Shown: positions 56,956 to 64,000 of the stretch, piece by piece
Layout of the letters: each line of letters opens with the position of its first letter
Numbering within the stretch: position 1 is the first letter of the stretch
Assembly: GCF_040772465.1 (NCBI RefSeq)
Contig: NZ_JAXGYB010000002.1
Coordinates: 93,397 to 157,396 of the forward strand
Direction: 5' to 3'
Source of the DNA: Limosilactobacillus sp.
GTDB lineage: Bacteria; Bacillota; Bacilli; Lactobacillales; Lactobacillaceae
DNA: 64,000 nucleotides
Notes under the pieces: generated by a model
The model's input: only the letters and a program-made list of their open reading frames with translations
Told to the model about the DNA's origin: nothing
Databases searched by the model: none
Made by a program: the position numbers and the translations under genes

Positions 56956-58851
56956 TTAACTTTCCTCCGTTTTCAGTTGTTGCTGCTGTGTGTACAGCTG
57001 CACGAGTTCAGCAGTCAGCGTGGTTTCCAGATCATCATTGTGGACAGCACTTGCTTCCTGCAAGGCAGCCTTAGTCTTCTCAATTTGCTGATCTAATGGG
57101 ATCTTTTTCGTCAAATATTTAATTAGATCATCGATAGCCTCATCCGTTAATCCCTGATCAGTAGCCCGGGCTTCAATTGAAGCGAGCAGGGCTTTGGAGC
57201 TGTCATCATCCAGTACCGACATTAACTTGTCAGCTTGCACGGTGGTATCTGGATCAGCAGACTGCTCTTTTTGAAAAATATGATAGAGGTCATCATACGA
57301 TTTATCAGGAAAACTGAACTGCGGTGCCGTTGATCGTAAATGTTCATAAGCGCCAGCATCGTGCATCAATGAGTGAAACAACATTTGCTCAGCCTTTTCT
57401 GTTCGGCTAACTTGGTTGACTTGCTGGTCCAATGATGGAGATCCGTTGACAGTGCGCGGCTCATAGTGATTGTGAGACTGTTGGCCATAAGAATGGTTAG
57501 CGGGCGCATGATGACTTTGCCTGGCCAAGATAGTTTGTAACTGCTCCCCTAGCGCACTTGAATCTAGCTTAAATTCTTGCGCCAGTTGTTGAACATACAT
57601 ATCTCGCTCGAGAGGATCATTGAGTTTTGATACAACGGTCAAGGCCGCGTTTAAATACGATAGACGCTCGGACTGATTATTAAGGTCCAATCCCCGTCTC
57701 AGAAAGCGCAATTGAAAAGTCGTCGGTGTCTCTTCGTTATGGGCTAAGTATTGACGAAACTGGGCACCACCATACTTTTGCACGTATTCATCAGGATCAA
57801 TGCCGGCAGGTAACTGCACTACCCGCAGTTGAATGTCGCGGTTAGCTTCTTCTTGAACCAGTTTGAGAGCCCGATTGATAGCATTTTGCCCAGGTGCATC
57901 CCCGTCATAACAAATGTCCAGTTGAGAAGTAGTTGAGCAAATCAGGCGAACCTGTTCACCAGTAAAACTAGTTCCCATCGAAGCCACACCATTTTTAACG
58001 CCAGCACCAAAGGCAGAAATGACGTCCATAAAGCCCTCGAAGAGAATCAATTTACCATCTTTGCGGGCCGCGGTCTTAGCCTGGTCGTAATTAAACAGTA
58101 AGTTACGCTTATCAAAAGTCGTGGTGTCCGGACTGTTTAGGTATTTTGGCAAATTTGTACCACGTGTGCTTAATAAACGCCCGGAAAAAGCTACCGGTTG
58201 CCCATTGCTATTGAGGATGGGAAACATAACTCGATTGATAAAACGATCCGTCAGTTGCTGGTCATCACTATTGCTGGTGGTAAAGAGACCAGACTGCCGT
58301 AGCAATTGATAATCAACCTTTTTTTCAGCAAAATACTGCTTGAGAATGTGCTGCTCAGGGGCAAAACCGATGTGGAACTGGTCGATCATCTCTTTCGACA
58401 TTCCCCGACGTTTCAAGTAACGTCGTGCCGGCTCTCCGGCAGCAGTGTGCATTAAAACGTGATGGTAAAGTTCCATCGATTGCTTTTGCAGAGCAACTAG
58501 TTGACTGTACAGTGAATTACTCTGAGTTGAATGCTCTTCTTGATTGCTTTGCCAATTCTCCGGCATGGAGACGTGTCCAAACTGGGCAACTTCAGCTAAG
58601 GCTTGCGCAAAAGATTCGTTTTTTAAATCTTCAAGAAATGTAAAAACATCGCCGCCCCGGTGACAACTAAAACAGTAGAAAAACTGCTTTTTTTCATCAA
58701 CAGAAAACGATGGTGTCCTTTCATCGTGAAAAGGGCACAGTGCCATCAAGGATTTTCCGGCGGGCCTCAACTGGACATATTGGCCAATTACATCAGCAAT
58801 ATCAACGGAGCTACGAACAGAATCAACAAATTCTTTTGAAACACGCGCCAC
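56956..58851 (-). CDS. dnaG: DNA primase
   Basis: 631 aa with a GTG start. The zinc ribbon is [11 protein letters not shown]...[14 protein letters not shown] Toprim motif (EGFMDV) is present. The stop lies 1 nt before the rpoD ATG. Confidence 0.95.
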   Translation of the reverse strand: MARVSKEFVDSVRSSVDIADVIGQYVQLRPAGKSLMALCPFHDERTPSFSVDEKKQFFYCFSCHRGGDVFTFLEDLKNESFAQALAEVAQFGHVSMPENWQSNQEEHSTQSNSLYSQLVALQKQSMELYHHVLMHTAAGEPARRYLKRRGMSKEMIDQFHIGFAPEQHILKQYFAEKKVDYQLLRQSGLFTTSNSDDQQLTDRFINRVMFPILNSNGQPVAFSGRLLSTRGTNLPKYLNSPDTTTFDKRNLLFNYDQAKTAARKDGKLILFEGFMDVISAFGAGVKNGVASMGTSFTGEQVRLICSTTSQLDICYDGDAPGQNAINRALKLVQEEANRDIQLRVVQLPAGIDPDEYVQKYGGAQFRQYLAHNEETPTTFQLRFLRRGLDLNNQSERLSYLNAALTVVSKLNDPLERDMYVQQLAQEFKLDSSALGEQLQTILARQSHHAPANHSYGQQSHNHYEPRTVNGSPSLDQQVNQVSRTEKAEQMLFHSLMHDAGAYEHLRSTAPQFSFPDKSYDDLYHIFQKEQSADPDTTVQADKLMSVLDDDSSKALLASIEARATDQGLTDEAIDDLIKYLTKKIPLDQQIEKTKAALQEASAVHNDDLETTLTAELVQLYTQQQQLKTEES

Positions 58852-58879
58852 GCACTCACCCCGCTTGGATCATTAGCAC

Positions 58880-58915
58880 AGAAAGGTCGCCTTCTTATGC
58901 GAACGCGACCTTTCT
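58880..58915 (-). other. strong hairpin (11-bp perfect stem) between glyS and dnaG, no U-tract
   Basis: AGAAAGGTCGC-(14 nt)-GCGACCTTTCT, read directly. Confidence 0.5.
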
Positions 58916-58931
58916 TAATTTACACACCATA

Positions 58932-58968
58932 GGCAAATCAAGGGCCACTTAGGCCATAATAATTTGCC
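58932..58968 (-). other. second composite hairpin just after the glyS stop, no U-tract
   Basis: Outer stem GGCAAAT...ATTTGCC, with an inner GGCC-actta-GGCC. Confidence 0.45.
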
Positions 58969-58985
58969 AATGCTATTATAATTTA

Positions 58986-61067
58986 CTACTTAACAATCAG
59001 TTTGTCAAGATCCCCAAACTCATGAGTCATGTCAGCAATGATGCTCAACTGTGATAAACGGTTATGACGAACTGCCTCATCCTTAGCCATAATCATGTTG
59101 TCGTCAAAGTATTTAGTGATCACTGGTTCCAGGGCCAGTAGACCATCAAGGTGCTGCTCCAGTGTTTGCTGAGGGAAAACATCCTGCAATTTCTTAGTGG
59201 CATCCAGAAGTGATTTTTCTGAATCTGCTTCAAACTTGTCAGGGTCAATCTTCCAGTCGTCACGGGCCAATTTGCCCTTCTTGGCCAACCGGCACACCCG
59301 GGTCAAAGCTTCGATTGCGCCCTTAAAGTCATCATTATCCTTGCGCTCGTCTAGAGCCTGAGCCGCCTTGATGACAGCATCGATGTCATTTTGCCGGGTA
59401 GCCGTGACGGCATCGACAATATCGTGACGCAGCTTCTTTCCGTGGAACAGTTGACGCAGCCGGTCTAAGAAGAAGTTGCGGACATCACTTGCGTGTTTAC
59501 CAAAGTCAAGTTTGTTATCAACACCGGCATTTTCCAGTGCCTCACTGTACTTCTTGCTCATGTCCATCAACGGAACGCTCCAGCCGCGCTCTGCGATGAT
59601 CCGAACGATACCATAAGCCTGACGACGCAGCGCATATGGATCGTTAGAACCGCTAGGGATCATGTCGACAGCAAAGAAGCTCATAATACTGTCAAGCTTG
59701 TCAGCGATGGATAATACGGTCCCGACAACCGATTTTGGCAAAGCACCTTCCGCAGAGATCGGCATGTATTGTTCGCGGATAGCCGTAGCAACAGCGTCAT
59801 CTTCACCCTGCATCCGGGCATAAATTTCACCCATGTAGCCCTGCAGTTCCGCGAATTCACCAACCATTTGGGTTGTCAAATCGAACTTGTAAATCTGGCT
59901 AGCCCGTTTTAGATCAGCCAGTTCCTGATCAGATAAGCCGACCTGCTGGCCAATTAGCTGGGCTAAGACTGTTACCCGTCCTAATTTTTCGGCCATCGAA
60001 CCGATCTTATCATGGAAACTGACGCGCTTCAGACGTTCAACATACTGGTCAATCGTAACCTTTTGGTCTTCCTGGTAGAAGAACTTAGCATCTTCAAGCC
60101 GTGGAACCAAGACCCGTTCGTTTCCCTTGATAACATTGTCGAGGTACTTCGTATCACCGTTGCGGACGGAGATAAAGTGCGGCAGTAATTTCTTATCATC
60201 CCCACGAACGCAGAAGAAACGCTGGTTATCCCGCATCGAAGTAATCAGGACCACTTCTGGCAGTTCAAGGTATTTCGGATCAAAATCACCAGCAAATGCC
60301 GTTGGCCATTCAACCAGATTGTTAACTTCCTCCAAAAGGTTGTCATCACGATCAACATGCCAGTTGTTGTCCGTGGCAATTTTATGAATCTGGTCGACGA
60401 TCAGCTGTTTCCGCTTCTTTGCGTCCACGATAACGTAATCATCATGCAGTGCCCGTTCGTAATCACTAGCAGTCTTCAATTCAACATCGTGCCCCAGGAA
60501 ACGGTGACCGCGCGTCGTCCGTCCTGTCTTAACATCCTGAATATGGAACGGGACAACCTGGTCATCCAGCAGCGCAACCAGCCAGCGAATTGGCCGAATG
60601 AATTCCAGCGGATAGGTGCTCCAGCGCATTTCCGTTGGGAAGTTCATCTTAGTGATGACATCCGGTAACTGCTTTAACACATCCATCACGGACTTACCGG
60701 CAATATGTTTGTCAACAAAGACGTATTGAGTTCCCTTAACATCTTTGAATTCAATATCATCAACGGTCAAGCCCTGGCCCCGGGTGAAACCAATGGCCGC
60801 CTTAGTCCAGTTGCCATCCTTGTCCTGCGCGATCTTTTTAGCTGGGCCCTTCACAGTCTTGTTGATGTCCGGCTGCTTATCAGCCAGGCCATCGATTAAC
60901 AAAGAAAGCCGCCGAGGAGTAGAGAATTTGGTAATCTTGTCAAAGCTAATCCGTGAATCGCTCAAGTATTTCTTTACCCGGTCTGCAAACTGGTTGATAC
61001 TTGGCGTTACCACGTGAGCCGGCATTTCTTCCAACCCAATTTCAATCAGAAATGTATGTTTGGCCAT
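58986..61067 (-). CDS. glyS: glycine--tRNA ligase beta subunit
   Basis: 693 aa with N-terminus FLIEIGLEEMPAH. Lies directly downstream of glyQ. Confidence 0.95.
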   Translation of the reverse strand: MAKHTFLIEIGLEEMPAHVVTPSINQFADRVKKYLSDSRISFDKITKFSTPRRLSLLIDGLADKQPDINKTVKGPAKKIAQDKDGNWTKAAIGFTRGQGLTVDDIEFKDVKGTQYVFVDKHIAGKSVMDVLKQLPDVITKMNFPTEMRWSTYPLEFIRPIRWLVALLDDQVVPFHIQDVKTGRTTRGHRFLGHDVELKTASDYERALHDDYVIVDAKKRKQLIVDQIHKIATDNNWHVDRDDNLLEEVNNLVEWPTAFAGDFDPKYLELPEVVLITSMRDNQRFFCVRGDDKKLLPHFISVRNGDTKYLDNVIKGNERVLVPRLEDAKFFYQEDQKVTIDQYVERLKRVSFHDKIGSMAEKLGRVTVLAQLIGQQVGLSDQELADLKRASQIYKFDLTTQMVGEFAELQGYMGEIYARMQGEDDAVATAIREQYMPISAEGALPKSVVGTVLSIADKLDSIMSFFAVDMIPSGSNDPYALRRQAYGIVRIIAERGWSVPLMDMSKKYSEALENAGVDNKLDFGKHASDVRNFFLDRLRQLFHGKKLRHDIVDAVTATRQNDIDAVIKAAQALDERKDNDDFKGAIEALTRVCRLAKKGKLARDDWKIDPDKFEADSEKSLLDATKKLQDVFPQQTLEQHLDGLLALEPVITKYFDDNMIMAKDEAVRHNRLSQLSIIADMTHEFGDLDKLIVK

Positions 61068-61069
61068 CT

Positions 61070-61996
61070 TTACTTCTCCTCCTTGTCATCTTTCAATAGT
61101 GATTGTCGTAATTTTTCGTCCTTAATCAACGGGAAGCCTAACTTCTTCCGTTCAGCCACAAAGGCCCGTGCTAATTTACGTGCCATGTTCCGGATCCGTG
61201 CCAGGTAACCCGCCCGTTCCGTAACTGAGACTGCACCGCGAGCATCCAACAGGTTAAAGGTGTGGCTGCACTTCAAGACGTAGTCATATGCCGGGTGAAT
61301 CAGCCCCAGTTTAATCAAACGGTGAGCTTCCTTTTCGAAGGAATCAAACATGTTCAGCAGCATGTCCTGGTTGCTCTCTTCAAAAGAGTACTTGGAGTGT
61401 TCATATTCCGGTTCCTTGAAAATGTCACCATATTTGACACCGTCCGCCCATTCAAGGTCAAAGACACTGTCGACGTTTTGAATATATTCAGACAGACGTT
61501 CCAAGCCATAGGTAACTTCGCTGGCAACCGGGTTCATCGGTAATCCACCGACGACCTGGAAGTAAGTGAATTGGGTGACTTCCATCCCGTCAAGCCAGAC
61601 TTCCCAGCCGACACCAGCACAGCCCATCGAAGGGTTTTCCCAGTTATCTTCGACAAAGCGGATATCATGTTCACGTGGGTTGATGCCCAGTTCCTTAAGA
61701 CTCCCCAGATAGAGGTCCTGAATGTTTTCTGGCGACGGCTTCATAATCACCTGGAATTGGTGGTGTTGGTACAACCGGTTAGGGTTTTCACCATAACGAC
61801 CGTCTGCTGGCCGACGCGAAGGTTCGACGTAGGCTGCGTTCCATGGTTCCGGTCCGATTGCCCGTAAGAAGGTGTACGGACTCATCGTTCCGGCACCCTT
61901 TTCCGTATCATAGGCCTGCATTAACATACAGCCCTGCTTGGCCCAATATTGTTCTAGTGTGAAAATAATATCTTGCACACTCAGTGTCTTTGCCAT
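61070..61996 (-). CDS. glyQ: glycine--tRNA ligase alpha subunit
   Basis: Start trimmed to [23 protein letters not shown] (ATG at 61996 after AAGGAAGG). Length is 308 aa. Confidence 0.95.
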   Translation of the reverse strand: MAKTLSVQDIIFTLEQYWAKQGCMLMQAYDTEKGAGTMSPYTFLRAIGPEPWNAAYVEPSRRPADGRYGENPNRLYQHHQFQVIMKPSPENIQDLYLGSLKELGINPREHDIRFVEDNWENPSMGCAGVGWEVWLDGMEVTQFTYFQVVGGLPMNPVASEVTYGLERLSEYIQNVDSVFDLEWADGVKYGDIFKEPEYEHSKYSFEESNQDMLLNMFDSFEKEAHRLIKLGLIHPAYDYVLKCSHTFNLLDARGAVSVTERAGYLARIRNMARKLARAFVAERKKLGFPLIKDEKLRQSLLKDDKEEK

Positions 61997-62011
61997 CAAG
62001 ATCCTTCCTTT

Positions 62012-62210
62012 CAAAAAAAGCCCCTGCAACAACCAAGTACACTTACCTGGTCATTGCAGGGACGAATGATAAATTCGCGGTTCCACCCTGCTTTTTCGCT
62101 AACAGCGAAACAGCTTGATTCAAATAACTCCAGGGTGCCACACCGGATGATTGCCACACGGCTTTCACTACCCCGTGCTCGCTGCGGTATCAATTCGATC
62201 TAATCCCCAT
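62012..62210 (-). promoter_or_regulatory. T-box leader (glycine-specific; Rfam RF00230 class) of glyQS
   Basis: On the reverse strand, stem-I elements (AGCGAGCACGGGGTAGTGAAAGCC) are visible. Two GGCA candidates for the Gly GGC specifier are present. The T-box sequence is GCAGGGTGGAACCGCG (62076-62089). The terminator is CCCTGCAA...TTGCAGGGGC followed by TTTTTTT (62013-62061). Confidence 0.85.
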
Positions 62211-62268
62211 CAACATTATCTTGATTTAAATGTGAACGTCATCATCATAGAAAAAATATAAGAAAATG

Positions 62269-63048
62269 TCAATTCTTAGGCGGATTTAATTTTAATTGCT
62301 TATCCCACAGATGCATTTGCTGAATGTAACGCTTGCTCTTCAAGCGCAAGCCGACTTCATCATCGTAGATGGTATCAATCACCCGTCTTAAGCCAGCTTT
62401 AGTACTTTCATCAACATCCACGTCGCCGACACGTCGCAAATCAATCCTTGATAGCAACGCTAGGTATGCCGCTGTCTTCTGTTTTAAGTGCAGACAACGG
62501 GGGTCACGGATTACGTGGTTAGAACAGAGCATTCCCCCGTATTCTTCTGAAAATGCCATCGGTAAATCACTACGGCCACAGATAACACAGCGATCCCAAA
62601 CGGGAGCAACCCCGAAGCGGCCCAGCAAACGAATTTCCATCACGTTTACAATGATTTGCGGATTGCGACCACTTTCAATCAACTTGAGCGCTGCTTTAAC
62701 TTGGTCGTACCATCCACTAATCGACTGCCCGTCGTCAAAAGCAACGTCAACTAAAGCCAACAGGTAAGTTGCATAAGCATTAGCCAACAGGTCGCTCGTC
62801 GTGTGATTCAAAAGCCGGTAATGGTCTGCGGAGGTCAGATAGCTCAACCGATTTTGGTGAAGCGATCCCTGGTATTGGCCCAGCGTCAGCGGCTGAACAG
62901 CTGCAGCTAACTTTGCCCGTGGTCGTTTAGCCCCTCGTGCCAAAAACATCACCGGTCCTGATGGTTCCGTTAATATTTTCACCAAAAGGTCATGTTCGCG
63001 ATAATCGCGCTGGAACATCACAATGCCAGAAAAGCGCTGGATGTTCAT
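62269..63048 (-). CDS. recO: DNA repair protein RecO
   Basis: 259 aa with an OB-fold N-terminus and a Cys4 zinc motif (CVICGR...CSNH). era-recO-glyQS synteny is present. Confidence 0.9.
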   Translation of the reverse strand: MNIQRFSGIVMFQRDYREHDLLVKILTEPSGPVMFLARGAKRPRAKLAAAVQPLTLGQYQGSLHQNRLSYLTSADHYRLLNHTTSDLLANAYATYLLALVDVAFDDGQSISGWYDQVKAALKLIESGRNPQIIVNVMEIRLLGRFGVAPVWDRCVICGRSDLPMAFSEEYGGMLCSNHVIRDPRCLHLKQKTAAYLALLSRIDLRRVGDVDVDESTKAGLRRVIDTIYDDEVGLRLKSKRYIQQMHLWDKQLKLNPPKN

Positions 63049-63075
63049 GGCAGACCACCTCCTGGGATTAACTAA

Positions 63076-63987
63076 TCAATAATCGTTATTACGGTAACCG
63101 TATTCTTTCAGTAAAGACGACTTATCACGCCAATCCGGTACGACCTTCACCCACAGCTGCAAGAACACGTGGCTGCCAAGCAGAGCTTCGATGTCTTGGC
63201 GAGCCAGAATACCGATCTTTTTCAGTTTCTGACCACCCTTGCCAATGATGATGCCCTTTTGTCCTGGTCGCTCAACCACGATGTTAGCACTGATATGAAC
63301 CTGGCCGTTATCCTTAGTCTTGACACTGGTGACGTCAACTGCCACCGAATGTGGCACTTCCTGCCGAGTCAATTTAAAGACTTTTTCACGAATTATTTCG
63401 GCAATGACGAAACGCTCAGGATGGTCACTGACTTGGTCGTCTGGGTAATACTGTGGTCCCTCTGGCATTGCAGATACCAAAGTATCCAGCAGATGATCGA
63501 CATTGTTGCCGTTCAAGGCAGAAATAGGGACAACGTCAGCAAACTTCAATCCCTGGCTGTAAGATTCGACGATAGCGGGCAAGTCATTGGGGTGCACTGC
63601 GTCAATCTTGTTGACTACCAGGTAAATAGGCTTCTTGGTCTTATTTAAGACGTGATCGACGATAAATTGATCACCCATTCCCCGCTTATCAACCGCACTG
63701 ACAATATACAAAACGGCATCTACTTCATCTAGGGCTGAGTAAGTTGACCGTTCCATAAAGTCTCCCAGTTTTGTCTTGGGCTTATGAACTCCTGGCGTAT
63801 CGATGAAAACAATCTGTGCATTCTTAGTTGTGTAGACACCCTGGATTTTATTACGTGTTGTCTGCGCCACATCACTCATAATCGCTACTTTCTGGCCAAT
63901 CACTTGGTTAAGTAACGTTGATTTCCCGACATTTGGCCGCCCAATGAGGGCCACAAAACCCGAATGGTAACTATTAGAAACTGTCAT
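63076..63987 (-). CDS. era: GTPase Era
   Basis: 303 aa. Contains [16 protein letters not shown] and NKID, plus a C-terminal KH domain ([15 protein letters not shown]). Confidence 0.95.
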   Translation of the reverse strand: MTVSNSYHSGFVALIGRPNVGKSTLLNQVIGQKVAIMSDVAQTTRNKIQGVYTTKNAQIVFIDTPGVHKPKTKLGDFMERSTYSALDEVDAVLYIVSAVDKRGMGDQFIVDHVLNKTKKPIYLVVNKIDAVHPNDLPAIVESYSQGLKFADVVPISALNGNNVDHLLDTLVSAMPEGPQYYPDDQVSDHPERFVIAEIIREKVFKLTRQEVPHSVAVDVTSVKTKDNGQVHISANIVVERPGQKGIIIGKGGQKLKKIGILARQDIEALLGSHVFLQLWVKVVPDWRDKSSLLKEYGYRNNDY

Positions 63988-64000
63988 TTAAAATCCCTCC

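Noticed and set aside
62369-62767. 132-aa plus-strand ORF antisense to recO
   Set aside because: Shadow ORF. The same applies to the many 60-125-aa alternative-frame ORFs in the track inside parC, parE, topA, dnaE, pyk, the ABC-F gene, lysA, glyS and others.
63169-63648. 159-aa plus-strand ORF antisense to era
   Set aside because: Shadow ORF within a conserved GTPase gene, with no SD and no recognisable motifs.
1-64000. Search by eye for tRNA or rRNA genes, CRISPR repeats, IS inverted repeats, toxin-antitoxin pairs and defence-system genes
   Set aside because: Intergenic regions longer than 100 nt are largely accounted for by riboswitches, leaders, promoters or terminators, apart from a few unexplained hairpins and repeats listed as findings. 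No repeat-spacer periodicity, cloverleaf-like sequences or accessory-type ORFs were seen. A computational scan (tRNAscan, cmscan, repeat finder) would be needed to be definitive.

Overview
The window is a core-chromosome segment of a Lactobacillaceae-type Firmicute, about 45% GC by eye. Gene order mirrors the Bacillus subtilis yl/yn/yp/yq housekeeping blocks. The genus cannot be fixed without a database search.

I call 58 protein-coding genes, 52 of them on the minus strand, which indicates strong co-orientation along a single replichore. Several ORF-track starts were trimmed to the first start codon with a good Shine-Dalgarno sequence.

Gene content, in window order:
- pdxK plus an ECF S component, then ppaC, parC-parE and plsY.
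- A LacX-like epimerase, a long XerC-like recombinase, topA, dprA, rnhB and rbgA.
- yozE, ypmS, ypmR and degV, then a hemolysin-III family gene.
- cca, an ABC-F gene, thyA and folA, all tightly packed.
- A degenerate recombinase-like gene, a TPR protein, and hup.
- der, rpsA, cmk and a LysM protein.
- recS, a ypbB-like gene and ribU.
- rluB, scpB, scpA and ribT, then xerD, cvfB, pyk and dnaE.
- yjzD, then pepT, a Nif3 gene and trmK.
- A complete nine-gene lysine/DAP locus of the acetylase branch.
- rpoD-dnaG, glyS-glyQ, recO and era.

Three classical cis-regulatory RNAs are readable directly in the sequence:
- An FMN riboswitch upstream of ribU.
- A lysine (L-box) riboswitch upstream of lysA.
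- A glycine T-box upstream of glyQS.

Several intrinsic terminators and a few sigma-A-like promoters are also visible. I found no tRNA, rRNA, CRISPR array, IS element, transposase, prophage gene or recognisable defence gene.

I did not find a convincing novel multi-gene system; this looks like an ordinary housekeeping region. The most unusual items are listed below, and all are modest-interest leads:
- A stand-alone tyrosine-recombinase-fold protein with a degraded active site.
- A XerC-like protein with a roughly 100-aa N-terminal extension.
- A single L-box placed in front of a seven-gene lysA-to-asd operon.
- An FMN-riboswitch/ribU unit abutting a ypbB-recS helicase pair with zero intergenic bases.
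- dnaE followed directly by pyk, with no pfkA between them.

All calls are by-eye motif and synteny recognition. No searches or computations were run.
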